Of a DNA stretch of 64,000 nt, positions 1 through 9,418 are shown piece by piece; within the stretch, counting starts at the first letter, position 1, and each line of letters begins with the position of its first letter. This stretch comes from Nitrospirota bacterium (GTDB lineage Bacteria > Nitrospirota > Thermodesulfovibrionia > Thermodesulfovibrionales > Dissulfurispiraceae). The translations under genes and the position numbers were made by a program. The DNA is taken from positions 960,001-1,024,000 of the forward strand of contig CAWBMP010000004.1 in the NCBI GenBank assembly GCA_963790025.1. Direction: 5' to 3'. The notes beneath the pieces were generated by a model. It was not told the origin of the DNA. It was given only the letters and a program-made list of their open reading frames with translations, and ran no database searches.

Positions 1-2357
1 AAGCCGTTTTTGTTTATGCCACCTGCGTAAGCGGGCTCATTGGTGAAGATATAGAGTCGGTTTGTAAAAGGGCTGAAAACAAGCTCGGGGTCCGGGTCAT
101 CCCGGTCAATGCCCCCGGCTTTGTCGGGCCCAAAAACCTGGGCAACAGAATCGCAGGTGAGGTGCTGCTCGACTCCGTGATAGGAAGGGCAGAGCCAGCT
201 TTGACCACTGACTTTGATATCAACCTTATCGGCGAATATAACATTGCTGGTGACATGTGGTTTGTCGAGCCCGTGCTTAAAGCTGCGGGAATCAGGGTCC
301 TGTCCAGGATCACAGGCAATGCCACCTTCGAAGAGATAACCCATGCACACAGGGCAAAACTTAATGTAGTGGTATGCAGTCGCGCATTGATCAATGTGGC
401 GCGGACGATGGATACAAAATACGGGATCCCTTATGTCGAGGTCTCTTTCTTCGGCAGGACTGAGATGGCAAAGGCCTTGCGCGCAATTGCGGAAAATCTG
501 CAGGGCGCGGAAAGGGCACAGCTTCCAGGCTTGAATGAAAAGGTTGAGGCGGTCATTGCAGAAGAGGAACGACGACTCGAAGAGGGCTTAAAAAAGTTTG
601 AGCATCTCAGGGGGAAAAAGGCGGTACTTTATACAGGCGGCGTCAAAAGCTGGTCTTTTATCTCGGCCCTTATGGACCTGGGGATAGGCATTGTCGCTGT
701 GGGGACAAAGAAGAGCACCGTCGAAGATGAGGAGAAGATGATATCTCTGCTGGGAGAGAATGCGCCGCTGGTGGAAGACGTGGCCCCAAAAAAACTTCTG
801 GGCCTGATGATCGAAAGGAAGGCGGACATCCTTGTAGCGGGTGGAAGAAATCAGTATCTTGCAATAAAAGAGGGATTCCCCTTTGTGGATGTGAACCAGG
901 AGAGACATACGGCGTATGCAGGATATGAAGGTCTCCTGAATTTGGCGCAGGATATTAGTAATAGTATTGAATTCTATGACAATGGTAAAAGGCAAAAGGT
1001 AAAAAGCGAAAGGCATAAAAAAGAAATCGGATCACATACGCCGGAAGACAGCGGGCTTGCAGCCTTTAACCCTTCACCTTTAACCATTAACCCTCTGAAA
1101 CATTCTCAGACCATAGGCGCTGCTATCGCTATGCAGGGGGTTGATGAGGCGCTGCCGGTGATCCATGGCGCACAGGGCTGCACATTTCTTGCAAAGGTGC
1201 TTCTGACAAAGCATTTCAGGGAGCCCATCGCCCTTGCCGGCACAAAGCAATTTGCCGAAGATATCATCATGGGAAGCGAGGAAAGCATCATCGGCGTGGT
1301 CGAGGGATTTATCGAAAAACAAAGCCCCGCAGTGGTTGGGGTCCTTTCCTCCGGACTATCAGAGGTGAAAGGTGATGATATAGGCTCAGCGATAAAGAAT
1401 ATCAGTTCTCCCCATGGCCCCTCCGGACCGGCATCGAAGGTGATAGCCATTACGACCCCTGATTACGAAGGGGGATTGGAAACAGGTTACACAGCTGCAG
1501 TGGAGGCCCTTACAGGCCTGGCCGCCAGGGGCACTCAAATGACAAAAGGTAGTATCAATGTTCTGGCCGGTTCACACCTGACACCCGCCGACTTCTCTGA
1601 GTTGAGGGAGATAATCGAAACGTTTGGCTTGCATCCTGTAATTCTCCCTGACCTCTCAGCCCTGGACGGCAGCAGACAGGGATTTTCCGCACTCGCAACC
1701 GGAGGAACAGAACTGGATGAGATCGAAACCATGGGCAGCGCCGAATTCACCCTTGCGATTGGAATGAGCATGGAGTCCCCGGCAAGGCGATTAAAGGAGC
1801 GGTTCGGCATTGAATACAAAGTGCTTGAGAGCATTGCAGGTCTGGGTGATACAGATCTATTGATGGAGACGCTTTCCCTGCTTAGCGGCAACGATGTACC
1901 GCTAAAGAACTTGAGACAGCGGCGCATTTTGGTTGACGGGATGAGAGATGCTCATTTTTACTTCGGCAAGAAAAAAGTGAGTTTGGCACTCGAACCTGAC
2001 CTTTCGGTGCAGACCTCGCGATGGCTCTCGGAAATGGGCGCTGAGGTAGTGCTTTCAGTCATTCCTCACGCTGCAGTGTCGGAAAAAAGTATCCAGGCAC
2101 GGAAGGTAATTATTGGAGGCCTGTGGAACATCAGGGATGACATAAAGGGACACAAAAGCGACCGTGGCAATGACTGTGATCTCCTGATCTCGAATTCTCA
2201 CGCGGAGGACACTGCCATGTGCTGCGGCATACCTCTTTACCAGTTGGGTTTTCCCCTCTATAAAATATTGAGTGGAAATTCCAGGATAACCATCGGGTAC
2301 AGGGGAACGCTCGGACTTATTAACGATGTGGCGACAATTTTTGCAGGAAAACACTAA
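1..2357 (+). CDS. nifEN: Fused nitrogenase FeMo-co scaffold NifE-NifN (5' truncated by window edge)
   Basis: Frame is open from the window edge (AVFVYATCVSGLIGED...). NifE motifs (YTGGVKSW) run without a stop into NifN motifs (INPLKHSQ, HGAQGC). Confidence 0.93.
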   Translation, partial: AVFVYATCVSGLIGEDIESVCKRAENKLGVRVIPVNAPGFVGPKNLGNRIAGEVLLDSVIGRAEPALTTDFDINLIGEYNIAGDMWFVEPVLKAAGIRVLSRITGNATFEEITHAHRAKLNVVVCSRALINVARTMDTKYGIPYVEVSFFGRTEMAKALRAIAENLQGAERAQLPGLNEKVEAVIAEEERRLEEGLKKFEHLRGKKAVLYTGGVKSWSFISALMDLGIGIVAVGTKKSTVEDEEKMISLLGENAPLVEDVAPKKLLGLMIERKADILVAGGRNQYLAIKEGFPFVDVNQERHTAYAGYEGLLNLAQDISNSIEFYDNGKRQKVKSERHKKEIGSHTPEDSGLAAFNPSPLTINPLKHSQTIGAAIAMQGVDEALPVIHGAQGCTFLAKVLLTKHFREPIALAGTKQFAEDIIMGSEESIIGVVEGFIEKQSPAVVGVLSSGLSEVKGDDIGSAIKNISSPHGPSGPASKVIAITTPDYEGGLETGYTAAVEALTGLAARGTQMTKGSINVLAGSHLTPADFSELREIIETFGLHPVILPDLSALDGSRQGFSALATGGTELDEIETMGSAEFTLAIGMSMESPARRLKERFGIEYKVLESIAGLGDTDLLMETLSLLSGNDVPLKNLRQRRILVDGMRDAHFYFGKKKVSLALEPDLSVQTSRWLSEMGAEVVLSVIPHAAVSEKSIQARKVIIGGLWNIRDDIKGHKSDRGNDCDLLISNSHAEDTAMCCGIPLYQLGFPLYKILSGNSRITIGYRGTLGLINDVATIFAGKH

Positions 2358-2418
2358 ACAAACAGGTTTAGGCAAAGGTAAAGGCAGAGAATCTGCCTGA
2401 CAATAAGGAGGTGCGGAC

Positions 2419-2817
2419 ATGAAGGTAGCATTTGCCACAACCGATGGAATTAATGTTGATGAGCATTTCGGCAGGGCGGGGCAGTTCGCAGTATATGAGT
2501 TGACCGATAAGGAGTACCGGTTTGTCGAAATAAGGAAATTCGCGGAAGGCAGGGACACCGAAATAGAGGCGACAAGGGACATGGGGGCTGAACATGAAAG
2601 CAAGGTGGAGAAAAAGGTCGGCAAATTGGCGGACTGCAAGATTATTTACCTCACCGAAATCGGGGGCCCCTCTGCGGCACGGCTCGTTAAGAAAGGCATC
2701 ATGCCGATAAAGGTAAAAGAGATTGCTTCCATAAAGGAATCACTTGAGAAACTGCTTGCCACAGCGCGGACATCACCGCCGCCGTGGTTTAAGAAGGCTC
2801 TTAATGACACGCGGTAA
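2419..2817 (+). CDS. nifX: NifX, FeMo-co carrier
   Basis: MKVAFAT..VDEHFG, IGGPSAA; follows nifEN; SD AAGGAGG. Confidence 0.9.
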   Translation: MKVAFATTDGINVDEHFGRAGQFAVYELTDKEYRFVEIRKFAEGRDTEIEATRDMGAEHESKVEKKVGKLADCKIIYLTEIGGPSAARLVKKGIMPIKVKEIASIKESLEKLLATARTSPPPWFKKALNDTR

Positions 2818-2870
2818 CAAGCCCGCTTGCAAGCTTGTAAGCCAAAAAATTTAAAGGAGAGAAAAAAACT

Positions 2871-3188
2871 ATGAAAATGATACGAGCATTTATACGGCCT
2901 GAAAAAGAGCAAGAGGTAGTTCTGGCACTTGAGGGGTCGGGTTTCCCGTCGCTGTCCAAGATGCCGGTCTTCGGAAGGGGGAAACAGAAAGGCCTCACAG
3001 TTGGCCCCGTGCATTACGACGAACTTCCCAAAACACTTCTCATGATGGTTGTCGAAGACCAGGATGTGGCCAAAGTAATAGGCATAATCAATGACAAGGC
3101 ACGGACAGGGTTCATAGGGGATGGAAAGATATTCACAAGCCCCGTAGACGGTGCTTACACTGTAAGAACAGGGGAGGCTGTATTATGA
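2871..3188 (+). CDS. nifI1: PII-family nitrogenase regulator NifI1
   Basis: PII fold (GRGKQKG, GDGKIF), short T-loop, YDELPK; tandem PII pair inside nif cluster. Confidence 0.85.
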   Translation: MKMIRAFIRPEKEQEVVLALEGSGFPSLSKMPVFGRGKQKGLTVGPVHYDELPKTLLMMVVEDQDVAKVIGIINDKARTGFIGDGKIFTSPVDGAYTVRTGEAVL

Positions 3189-3604
3189 AGGAGATTACCG
3201 CAATCATCAGGAGAGACAAGCTCCCTGAGACAAAGAAGGTCCTTGACGAGCTGGGATACCCCTCTGTCAGTATTCAGAGCATTGACGGAAGAGGGAAACA
3301 AAGGGGAGCAGTATGCGATAACGACCTCGATCCCGAACTGCCGGACAAATATTGCATGTCGGTAAAATTAAAACCAACACCTTCGACATACGCAATAGAG
3401 CATACACTGCCCAAAGTTGCTCTTTTCGTGCCGAAAAGAATGCTGACAATGATTGTACCCGATGATGTAGTAAGCAAGATCGTGAAATCGCTCATCAGGG
3501 TCAACCAGACAGGCAAGACAGGAGACGGCAAGATATTTGTCTCACCAATAGAAAACGCCTTACGGGTGAGGACAGGCGAAAAAGACGGAGAGGCAATAGC
3601 GTAA
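3185..3604 (+). CDS. nifI2: PII-family nitrogenase regulator NifI2
   Basis: PII motifs with long T-loop insertion; overlaps nifI1 stop (ATGA). Confidence 0.85.
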   Translation: MKEITAIIRRDKLPETKKVLDELGYPSVSIQSIDGRGKQRGAVCDNDLDPELPDKYCMSVKLKPTPSTYAIEHTLPKVALFVPKRMLTMIVPDDVVSKIVKSLIRVNQTGKTGDGKIFVSPIENALRVRTGEKDGEAIA

Positions 3605-3637
3605 TAAAACATAATTCTTTGATCAAGAGGTGATACT

Positions 3638-3913
3638 ATGAGCATTGTCGGATATACAAGGGGCGGTGACACATGGACGCCGCAATTTATAGAATCTATC
3701 GATGTCGAAAAATGCATTGGCTGCGGTCGCTGCTACAAGGTCTGCAGCAGGGACGTGCTGGAGCTTATCGAAAAACCCTTCGAGGGTGAAGATGAATACG
3801 GTGACGACATGGGCAACAAAGTGATGTCCATTGCCAATCCCGAGAACTGTATCGGATGCGAGGCGTGCAGGCGTGCCTGTACAAAAAAATGCCATGTGCA
3901 TATCGCACTGTAA
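3638..3913 (+). CDS. fdxB: nif-specific ferredoxin III, 2x[4Fe-4S]
   Basis: TRGGDTWTP N-terminus; CIGCGRC..C and CIGCEAC..C. Confidence 0.88.
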   Translation: MSIVGYTRGGDTWTPQFIESIDVEKCIGCGRCYKVCSRDVLELIEKPFEGEDEYGDDMGNKVMSIANPENCIGCEACRRACTKKCHVHIAL

Positions 3914-3930
3914 CTACACCCTTCACTGAA

Positions 3931-3953
3931 TCCCCTCCCTTCTAGGGAGGGGA
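3931..3953. terminator. GC-rich hairpin (REP-like or terminator) after fdxB
   Basis: TCCCCTCCCT-TCT-AGGGAGGGGA perfect stem; no U-tract. Confidence 0.45.
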
Positions 3954-3977
3954 GGACACAAAAGTAGTATAGATATA

Positions 3978-4069
3978 ACTATTTTGTAGTATATGATACA
4001 TTTTGAGTTCTAACCAAAAATTAAGTTCTTCCGCTTACCAATGACTTATATGATGGCACGCCGCTTGCT
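3978..4069 (+). promoter_or_regulatory. sigma54 promoter of the nifB-hesA genes with IHF-like site and enhancer
   Basis: TGGCACG-CCGC-TTGCT at 4054-4069; TACCAATGACTTA at 4036-4048; TGT-N10-ACA at 3985-4000. Confidence 0.85.
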
Positions 4070-4118
4070 ATTTAATGTCTGTTCATAAACAGACACTAAA
4101 TATTCAGGAGGTACTCCG

Positions 4119-5012
4119 GTGATACCACTTAGAGTGAGCAAGAAAGGAAGTATATTGGAGCAGCATCCATGCTTTTCGGAGAGCGCCCATCATAAATTTG
4201 GACGCATACATCTTCCGGTGGCCCCGGCGTGCAATATCCAGTGCAAATACTGCATAAGGAAATTCGATTGCGCAAACGAATCCAGGCCCGGGATTACCAG
4301 CAAGGTACTTACCGTTGACGAATCGCTGGAAAGAGTCCGGACCCTTGTGGACCGGAGCGAAAAACTCAGCGTTGTGGGAATAGCAGGGCCCGGCGACCCT
4401 CTGGCCAACAGCTCAACGTTCGATGTGATGAGTGCAGTGCATAGAGAATTCCCAGAACTTATTTTGTGTATATCTACAAACGGTCTCCTCATCCCCGACA
4501 GGCTTGAGACCTTGCTAAAGACGGGAGTGAGGAGTTTAACCATAACTATAAATGCCGTAAGCCCGGAGACCGCAGAAAAAATCTATGCCTGGATCATTTA
4601 TGAGGGGAAACGCTATGAAGGCAGGGAGGCGGCCGAACGCCTGTTATATGCCCAATGGAGGGGGCTAAATAATGCTATTGACGCGGGTTTCATCGTAAAG
4701 ATCAATACCGTCTATATCCCGGGGACCAACGACACGGACATACCTCTGATCGCCAGGAAAGCCGGAGAATGGGGCGCTGATATTATGAATATTCTGCCGC
4801 TTATTCCCCAGGCTTCGTTCGGGCATTTGGCGCGGCCATCAAGGGAAATGATTGCAAAAATGCGCGGGGAGTGCATAAAGTACATACCACAGATGACCCA
4901 CTGCAAACAATGCAGGGCTGATGCATGTGGAATTCTCGGTGAAGACAAAGATATGGAGCTTGAGATGCTGAACGCACAAATCGGAGAGGAGTACTGTGAA
5001 AGCGTCTTTTGA
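4119..5012 (+). CDS. nifB: NifB, radical-SAM-only architecture (no NifX-like domain)
   Basis: HPC, CNIQCKYC, ESRP, AGPG, TITIN and CKQCRADACG motifs. Confidence 0.88.
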   Translation: MIPLRVSKKGSILEQHPCFSESAHHKFGRIHLPVAPACNIQCKYCIRKFDCANESRPGITSKVLTVDESLERVRTLVDRSEKLSVVGIAGPGDPLANSSTFDVMSAVHREFPELILCISTNGLLIPDRLETLLKTGVRSLTITINAVSPETAEKIYAWIIYEGKRYEGREAAERLLYAQWRGLNNAIDAGFIVKINTVYIPGTNDTDIPLIARKAGEWGADIMNILPLIPQASFGHLARPSREMIAKMRGECIKYIPQMTHCKQCRADACGILGEDKDMELEMLNAQIGEEYCESVF

Positions 5013-5694
5013 AAGGTATCGAAGGCAATTAATGCTCGGCGGCTTTACCCCGGCCCATCAGCAGAAGCTTAAGGATTCCACTGTGCTTGTCGCCGGGATC
5101 GGCGGGCTCGGCGGAACTGCCGCGCTCTATCTCGCTGTTGCGGGTATCGGGAAAATGATTTTTGCCCACTCAGGCAACCTGACCCTTTCCAATATGAACA
5201 GGCAGTTATTGATGAGAGATGCCTGGATAGGAAAAAGCAGGGTTGTTCAGGGGATGAAGAGCATTGAAGAGATAAACCCGGAAGTAGAGGTTGAAATATA
5301 TGACGAAAGGACTTCTGAAGATAATATTGATAAACCCACTTTTCGCGAGCGGAGAGTGCTGAATAAGGCATGTGTAAAAAAGGGGATACCTCTGGTCGAA
5401 GCGGCAATGAATGGAATGGAAGGATACATTTTCAATATCATACCGGGGCAAACGCCGTGTCTTAATTGCCTGTATCCGGTCGATGATCCTGGATGGGAGG
5501 AACTCGGATTCCCGGTCCTCGGTGCGGTATCAGGCGTATTGGGATGCATAATGAGTATAGAGGCGATAAAGCTCCTTACAGGCTATGGAAAACCGCTGCG
5601 TTCGCAAATGCTCATGTTCAATACGATCGATATGGAATTTAAAAAATTCAATACCAGGAAAGACGCAAACTGTAATGTGTGTGGACATTCATGA
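4996..5694 (+). CDS. hesA: HesA/MoeB/ThiF family adenylyltransferase (possible internal deletion)
   Basis: RYRRQ, GIGGLG, SNMNRQ, two CxxC Zn motifs; nif context. Confidence 0.8.
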   Translation: MKASFERYRRQLMLGGFTPAHQQKLKDSTVLVAGIGGLGGTAALYLAVAGIGKMIFAHSGNLTLSNMNRQLLMRDAWIGKSRVVQGMKSIEEINPEVEVEIYDERTSEDNIDKPTFRERRVLNKACVKKGIPLVEAAMNGMEGYIFNIIPGQTPCLNCLYPVDDPGWEELGFPVLGAVSGVLGCIMSIEAIKLLTGYGKPLRSQMLMFNTIDMEFKKFNTRKDANCNVCGHS

Positions 5695-5815
5695 GCCTGT
5701 TTCATTAAAGCCATGAATTTTATTGAGTTGACCGTGAGTTTTTTTTAGTTTACCTTATTAATAAGATAGTCCTGAAAAATTTAAGAAGAAAGAAATTCAG
5801 GTAGGGGGTTATGCT

Positions 5816-6241
5816 ATGAAAATCAGCGCGAGAAATATTTTGGAAGGTACGGTCAGCGACGTTAAAAAGGGTCAGGTGATGGCTGTCATCAAAATCACAT
5901 TGCCATCGGGGACCGGGATTTCCTCGATTATCACCAATGAGAGCGCCGACCGTTTGGGTTTGAAAAATGGCGTCAAGGCGGAAGCCATTATCAAGGCCAG
6001 TTCGGTGATATTGGGGAAAGAAGTGGCCGGCATAAACATAAGTGCAAGAAACATTATTAAGGGCACGGTGCAAAAAGTAAAGGAGGGCATGGTGATGGCC
6101 GAGATAGTGCTGGATATCGGAGGAGGGAACCCCATTACCTCAACCATTTCCGATGAAAGCGTGAAACGCATGGAGGTTAAAGTTGGAGATGAGGCATACG
6201 CAATCATCAAAGCAACGAGTGTGATGATAGGAGTCGCCTGA
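5816..6241 (+). CDS. Tandem Mop/TOBE molybdate-binding protein
   Basis: Two ISARN...IIKAS/T repeats. Confidence 0.9.
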   Translation: MKISARNILEGTVSDVKKGQVMAVIKITLPSGTGISSIITNESADRLGLKNGVKAEAIIKASSVILGKEVAGINISARNIIKGTVQKVKEGMVMAEIVLDIGGGNPITSTISDESVKRMEVKVGDEAYAIIKATSVMIGVA

Positions 6242-6268
6242 CAATAATTCGGAGGAGGAACCCTGCTG

Positions 6269-7042
6269 ATGTTAAAAAAAATACTCTTTATACTGATTTC
6301 TGCGGTAGTTTTTTCGGCACCGTCGCTTGCTTTCGCAGAGGGCCAGAAGGAGATAATCGTTTCGGCTGCCATAAGCCTGAAAAACGCCTTTGAAGACATC
6401 GGGAAGCTCTATGAAACAAGAAATGCGGGAACAAAAATAACATTCAATTTCGGCGCTTCCGGAGACCTTATGAAGCAGATCGAGGGCGGCGCGCCTGTCG
6501 ATGTCTTTGCCTCTGCGGCCCAAAAGGACATGGATGACGCCGAGAAGAAGGGATTAATAGCGGTCGTATCCAGGGTCAACTTTGCCGCCAACAGCATTGT
6601 ACTTGTAATCCCTGTCAATACGAAGGTCGTGATAAAGTCCTTTGGCGATCTGAAATCCGGAAGCATCCGGAAAATCGCCGTGGGCAATCCGAGGACCGTG
6701 CCTGCCGGAAGGTATGCGGAAGAAGTCTTTACTTACTATAAGATGCTTAATGAGATAAAGGACAAATTGGTCTTCACCGAAAATGTGCGCCAGGCGCTTG
6801 ATTACGTGGTTAGGAACGAGGTTGATGCAGGAGTCGTGTATTCGACCGATGCGATGGTCAGGATAAGGGAATTGACCATTGCGGCAACAGCACCGGAGTC
6901 GAGCCACAAGCCGGTCGTATATCCTATTGCCGTGGTAAAAACGTCCAAGAACAGCGACGTTGCCAAAGCATTCATTTCCCTTGTCACTTCAGAGGAAGGG
7001 AAAAAGATATTGGCGAAATACGGATTTAAAGCTGGGAAATAA
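6269..7042 (+). CDS. modA: Molybdate ABC transporter substrate-binding protein
   Basis: Signal peptide; AAISL, GASG, VPAGRYA. Confidence 0.93.
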   Translation: MLKKILFILISAVVFSAPSLAFAEGQKEIIVSAAISLKNAFEDIGKLYETRNAGTKITFNFGASGDLMKQIEGGAPVDVFASAAQKDMDDAEKKGLIAVVSRVNFAANSIVLVIPVNTKVVIKSFGDLKSGSIRKIAVGNPRTVPAGRYAEEVFTYYKMLNEIKDKLVFTENVRQALDYVVRNEVDAGVVYSTDAMVRIRELTIAATAPESSHKPVVYPIAVVKTSKNSDVAKAFISLVTSEEGKKILAKYGFKAGK

Positions 7043-7066
7043 ATATGAAATTGACACAGTGTAAAA

Positions 7067-7732
7067 ATGGATAGTTCAGTACTCTTTTCAATGAGACTCT
7101 CTTTGCAGGTAGCGACCACGGCGACGGTCTTCATCGTGGTTATCGGGGTCGCCGCTGCCTATCTGCTTGCTCGAAAGGACTTCAGGGGCAAGGAAGTATT
7201 GGACATAGCCATTACCTTGCCTCTCGTGCTTCCCCCAACTGTCACGGGCTATTACCTGATAGTGCTCTTCGGCAGAAACGGATTGATCGGCAGATTCATT
7301 TACGAGTGGACAGGCTGGTCTATCATGTTCACATGGTATGCTGCCGTTCTAGCCTCATTTGTTGTGGCCCTGCCCCTCATGGTAAAAACAACGCGGGCGG
7401 CCATTGAATCAGTGGACAAGAACCTCATCAATGCCTCCTTCACGCTGGGCCATTCCGAATTCGAGACCGCGCTTAAGGTCATCCTGCCCCTCGCAAGGAA
7501 AGGCATAGTGGCTGGGACTGTGCTCTCTTTTGCACGGGCCCTCGGCGAGTTCGGAGCTACCCTGATGCTGGCAGGGGACTTGCCAGGCAAGACGGATACC
7601 ATGCCCATCGCCATTTATTCTCTTGCCGGAAGCGGAGATTGGTCGAAAGCCAATGGGATGGTCATTCTGTTGACTTTGATGTCAGGGGCCTTTCTATATT
7701 TAGCAAACAGGTACAGTAAAAGGATTATCTGA
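7067..7732 (+). CDS. modB: Molybdate ABC permease
   Basis: LPLVLPPTVTG, FARALGEFGAT. Confidence 0.93.
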   Translation: MDSSVLFSMRLSLQVATTATVFIVVIGVAAAYLLARKDFRGKEVLDIAITLPLVLPPTVTGYYLIVLFGRNGLIGRFIYEWTGWSIMFTWYAAVLASFVVALPLMVKTTRAAIESVDKNLINASFTLGHSEFETALKVILPLARKGIVAGTVLSFARALGEFGATLMLAGDLPGKTDTMPIAIYSLAGSGDWSKANGMVILLTLMSGAFLYLANRYSKRII

Positions 7733-8463
7733 TGGGTCTCGCGATAAAACTCAAGAAAAAGCTCAACGGCTTCAGCCTCGATGTCGAATGGGAGATAGGC
7801 AATGAGCTTGCTGTTCTTTTCGGCTATTCCGGTGCAGGGAAGTCGATAACTCTGCAGATGATTGCAGGGCTCATGACTGCCGACGAGGGATCGATTCGCA
7901 TAGATTCTGCAACAATATTTGACAGCCTGTCCAGGGTCAATGTGCCTGCTCAGCATCGTCATTTGGGTTATGTATTTCAAGACCTGGCGCTTTTTCCGCA
8001 TATGACAGTGTCCGAAAATATTGAATATGGTGCCAATGGCATGGCGAAAGGTGAAAAGCCGGGCAAGATAAAGCAGATGGTCGACATCTTTCATCTTCAG
8101 GGACTTGAACACAAATACCCTTCGGAGATATCGGGAGGACAGAAGCAGAGGGTCGCCTTTGCGCGTGCCCTCATTCGCAAACCGCCTCTGCTCCTGCTTG
8201 ATGAACCGTTTTCCGCGCTCGACAATCCTCTCCGGATCGAGATGCGGCAATTTCTGAACGATGTGAGAAAAACGTTCAATGTCCCTGTTGTCCTTGTCAC
8301 ACACGATACTGTTGAAGCCCACTCCATGGCGGACACCATCATTGTCTACGTAAACGGCAAGGTCGCCCAATCGGGACCTCCCTCCGAGGTATTCAACAAT
8401 CCCGTAAACGAAGAAGTTCAAGCGCTGGTGGACACCGGGCGTTACGGCTTTATAGCGTCGTGA
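7732..8463 (+). CDS. modC: Molybdate ABC ATPase
   Basis: GYSGAGKS, ISGGQKQ, LLLDEPF. Confidence 0.9.
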   Translation: MGLAIKLKKKLNGFSLDVEWEIGNELAVLFGYSGAGKSITLQMIAGLMTADEGSIRIDSATIFDSLSRVNVPAQHRHLGYVFQDLALFPHMTVSENIEYGANGMAKGEKPGKIKQMVDIFHLQGLEHKYPSEISGGQKQRVAFARALIRKPPLLLLDEPFSALDNPLRIEMRQFLNDVRKTFNVPVVLVTHDTVEAHSMADTIIVYVNGKVAQSGPPSEVFNNPVNEEVQALVDTGRYGFIAS

Positions 8464-8527
8464 GTTATCGGGTTATTTGTCTTTTGCGCTGTTATGCACA
8501 AAGCTAAGCCCAAATGATGGAGTAAAA

Positions 8528-8989
8528 ATGATAATAGAACCTATTGGCGTAATTCATTCGCCATACGAAGAAAAAAACGAATGTCCCATCCAACCCCTAT
8601 ACGCGCCTGATGCAATAGGCTTTGTCGAGGTATTTGAAAAATACTGTGCAGGATTAAAAGATGTAGAGACCTTTTCTCATATATATCTGCTCTATCATTT
8701 TGACAGGGCTGGAGAAATAAAACTAATAAGGCCACCTTTCCTGGATGATGAATCCCACGGATTATTTGCGACGAGGCACCCGTGCAGACCAAATGGGATT
8801 GGAATGTCCATAGTAAAATTAAAGAAGATAGAAAATAATGTTCTGATAGTGGAAGGCATTGATGTGTTAAACATGACCCCATTGCTCGACATAAAGCCAT
8901 ACATACCGCGTTTCGATCACATCGAAACAGCGAATGAAGGGTGGACGGCCAACAAACAATGGAGGCCAAAGCCAAAGGGAAGAGAGTAA
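8528..8989 (+). CDS. TrmO/TsaA (YaeB) family SAM-binding protein
   Basis: IEPIGVIHSPY, GLFATRHPCRPNGIG, TPLLDIKPY. Confidence 0.85.
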   Translation: MIIEPIGVIHSPYEEKNECPIQPLYAPDAIGFVEVFEKYCAGLKDVETFSHIYLLYHFDRAGEIKLIRPPFLDDESHGLFATRHPCRPNGIGMSIVKLKKIENNVLIVEGIDVLNMTPLLDIKPYIPRFDHIETANEGWTANKQWRPKPKGRE

Positions 8990-9045
8990 AGAAGTACTAA
9001 CAACACCCACTCATTCTTCTACCCCATTTTTGTAGCATTATGCCT

Positions 9046-9136
9046 ACAAAGTTGTAGCGACTCACAATTTTGTCATAGCACTTCCATTGAGGTTAATTTA
9101 CAAATCAAACAGTTACAGGTTGGCACGGTTTTGGCT
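9046..9136 (+). promoter_or_regulatory. sigma54 promoter with IHF site and two ACA-N4-TGT boxes
   Basis: TGGCACGGTTTTGGCT 9121-9136; AATCAAACAGTTA 9103-9115; boxes 9046-9055 and 9064-9073. Confidence 0.85.
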
Positions 9137-9158
9137 ATTCTTTTGACGAGGTGATGAG

Positions 9159-9371
9159 ATGAGCGCTATGTCTACATTAAAAGAAAAAGTGAAGGAAATG
9201 GAAAGAGAGGCCATTGTCGATGCCCTCGTGGAGTGCAGCTGGATAATGGCCAAGGCAGCCCGGAAACTGGGCATTACTGAAAGGATGATCGGGTACAAGA
9301 TCAAAAAATATGGAATAAAGAGAGGTGAGGAAAGACAGGAAAGCAGCAAAGACATTCATGTGATGCAGTAA
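9159..9371 (+). CDS. Stand-alone Fis-type HTH resembling the NifA C-terminal DNA-binding domain
   Basis: EREAIVDAL..CSWIMAKAARKLGITERMIGYKIKKYGI; SD GAGGT. Confidence 0.8.
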   Translation: MSAMSTLKEKVKEMEREAIVDALVECSWIMAKAARKLGITERMIGYKIKKYGIKRGEERQESSKDIHVMQ

Positions 9372-9418
9372 ATAGAAGAACAGGCTTGAGCCTGTAAAAC
9401 ATCACCAGGGAGGATACA

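Noticed and set aside
3985..4000. Canonical NifA UAS (TGT-N10-ACA) as the general enhancer
   Set aside because: Exact match noticed only here. At the other promoters TGT-to-ACA spacing varies (4, 7, 8) while ACA-N4-TGT is constant.
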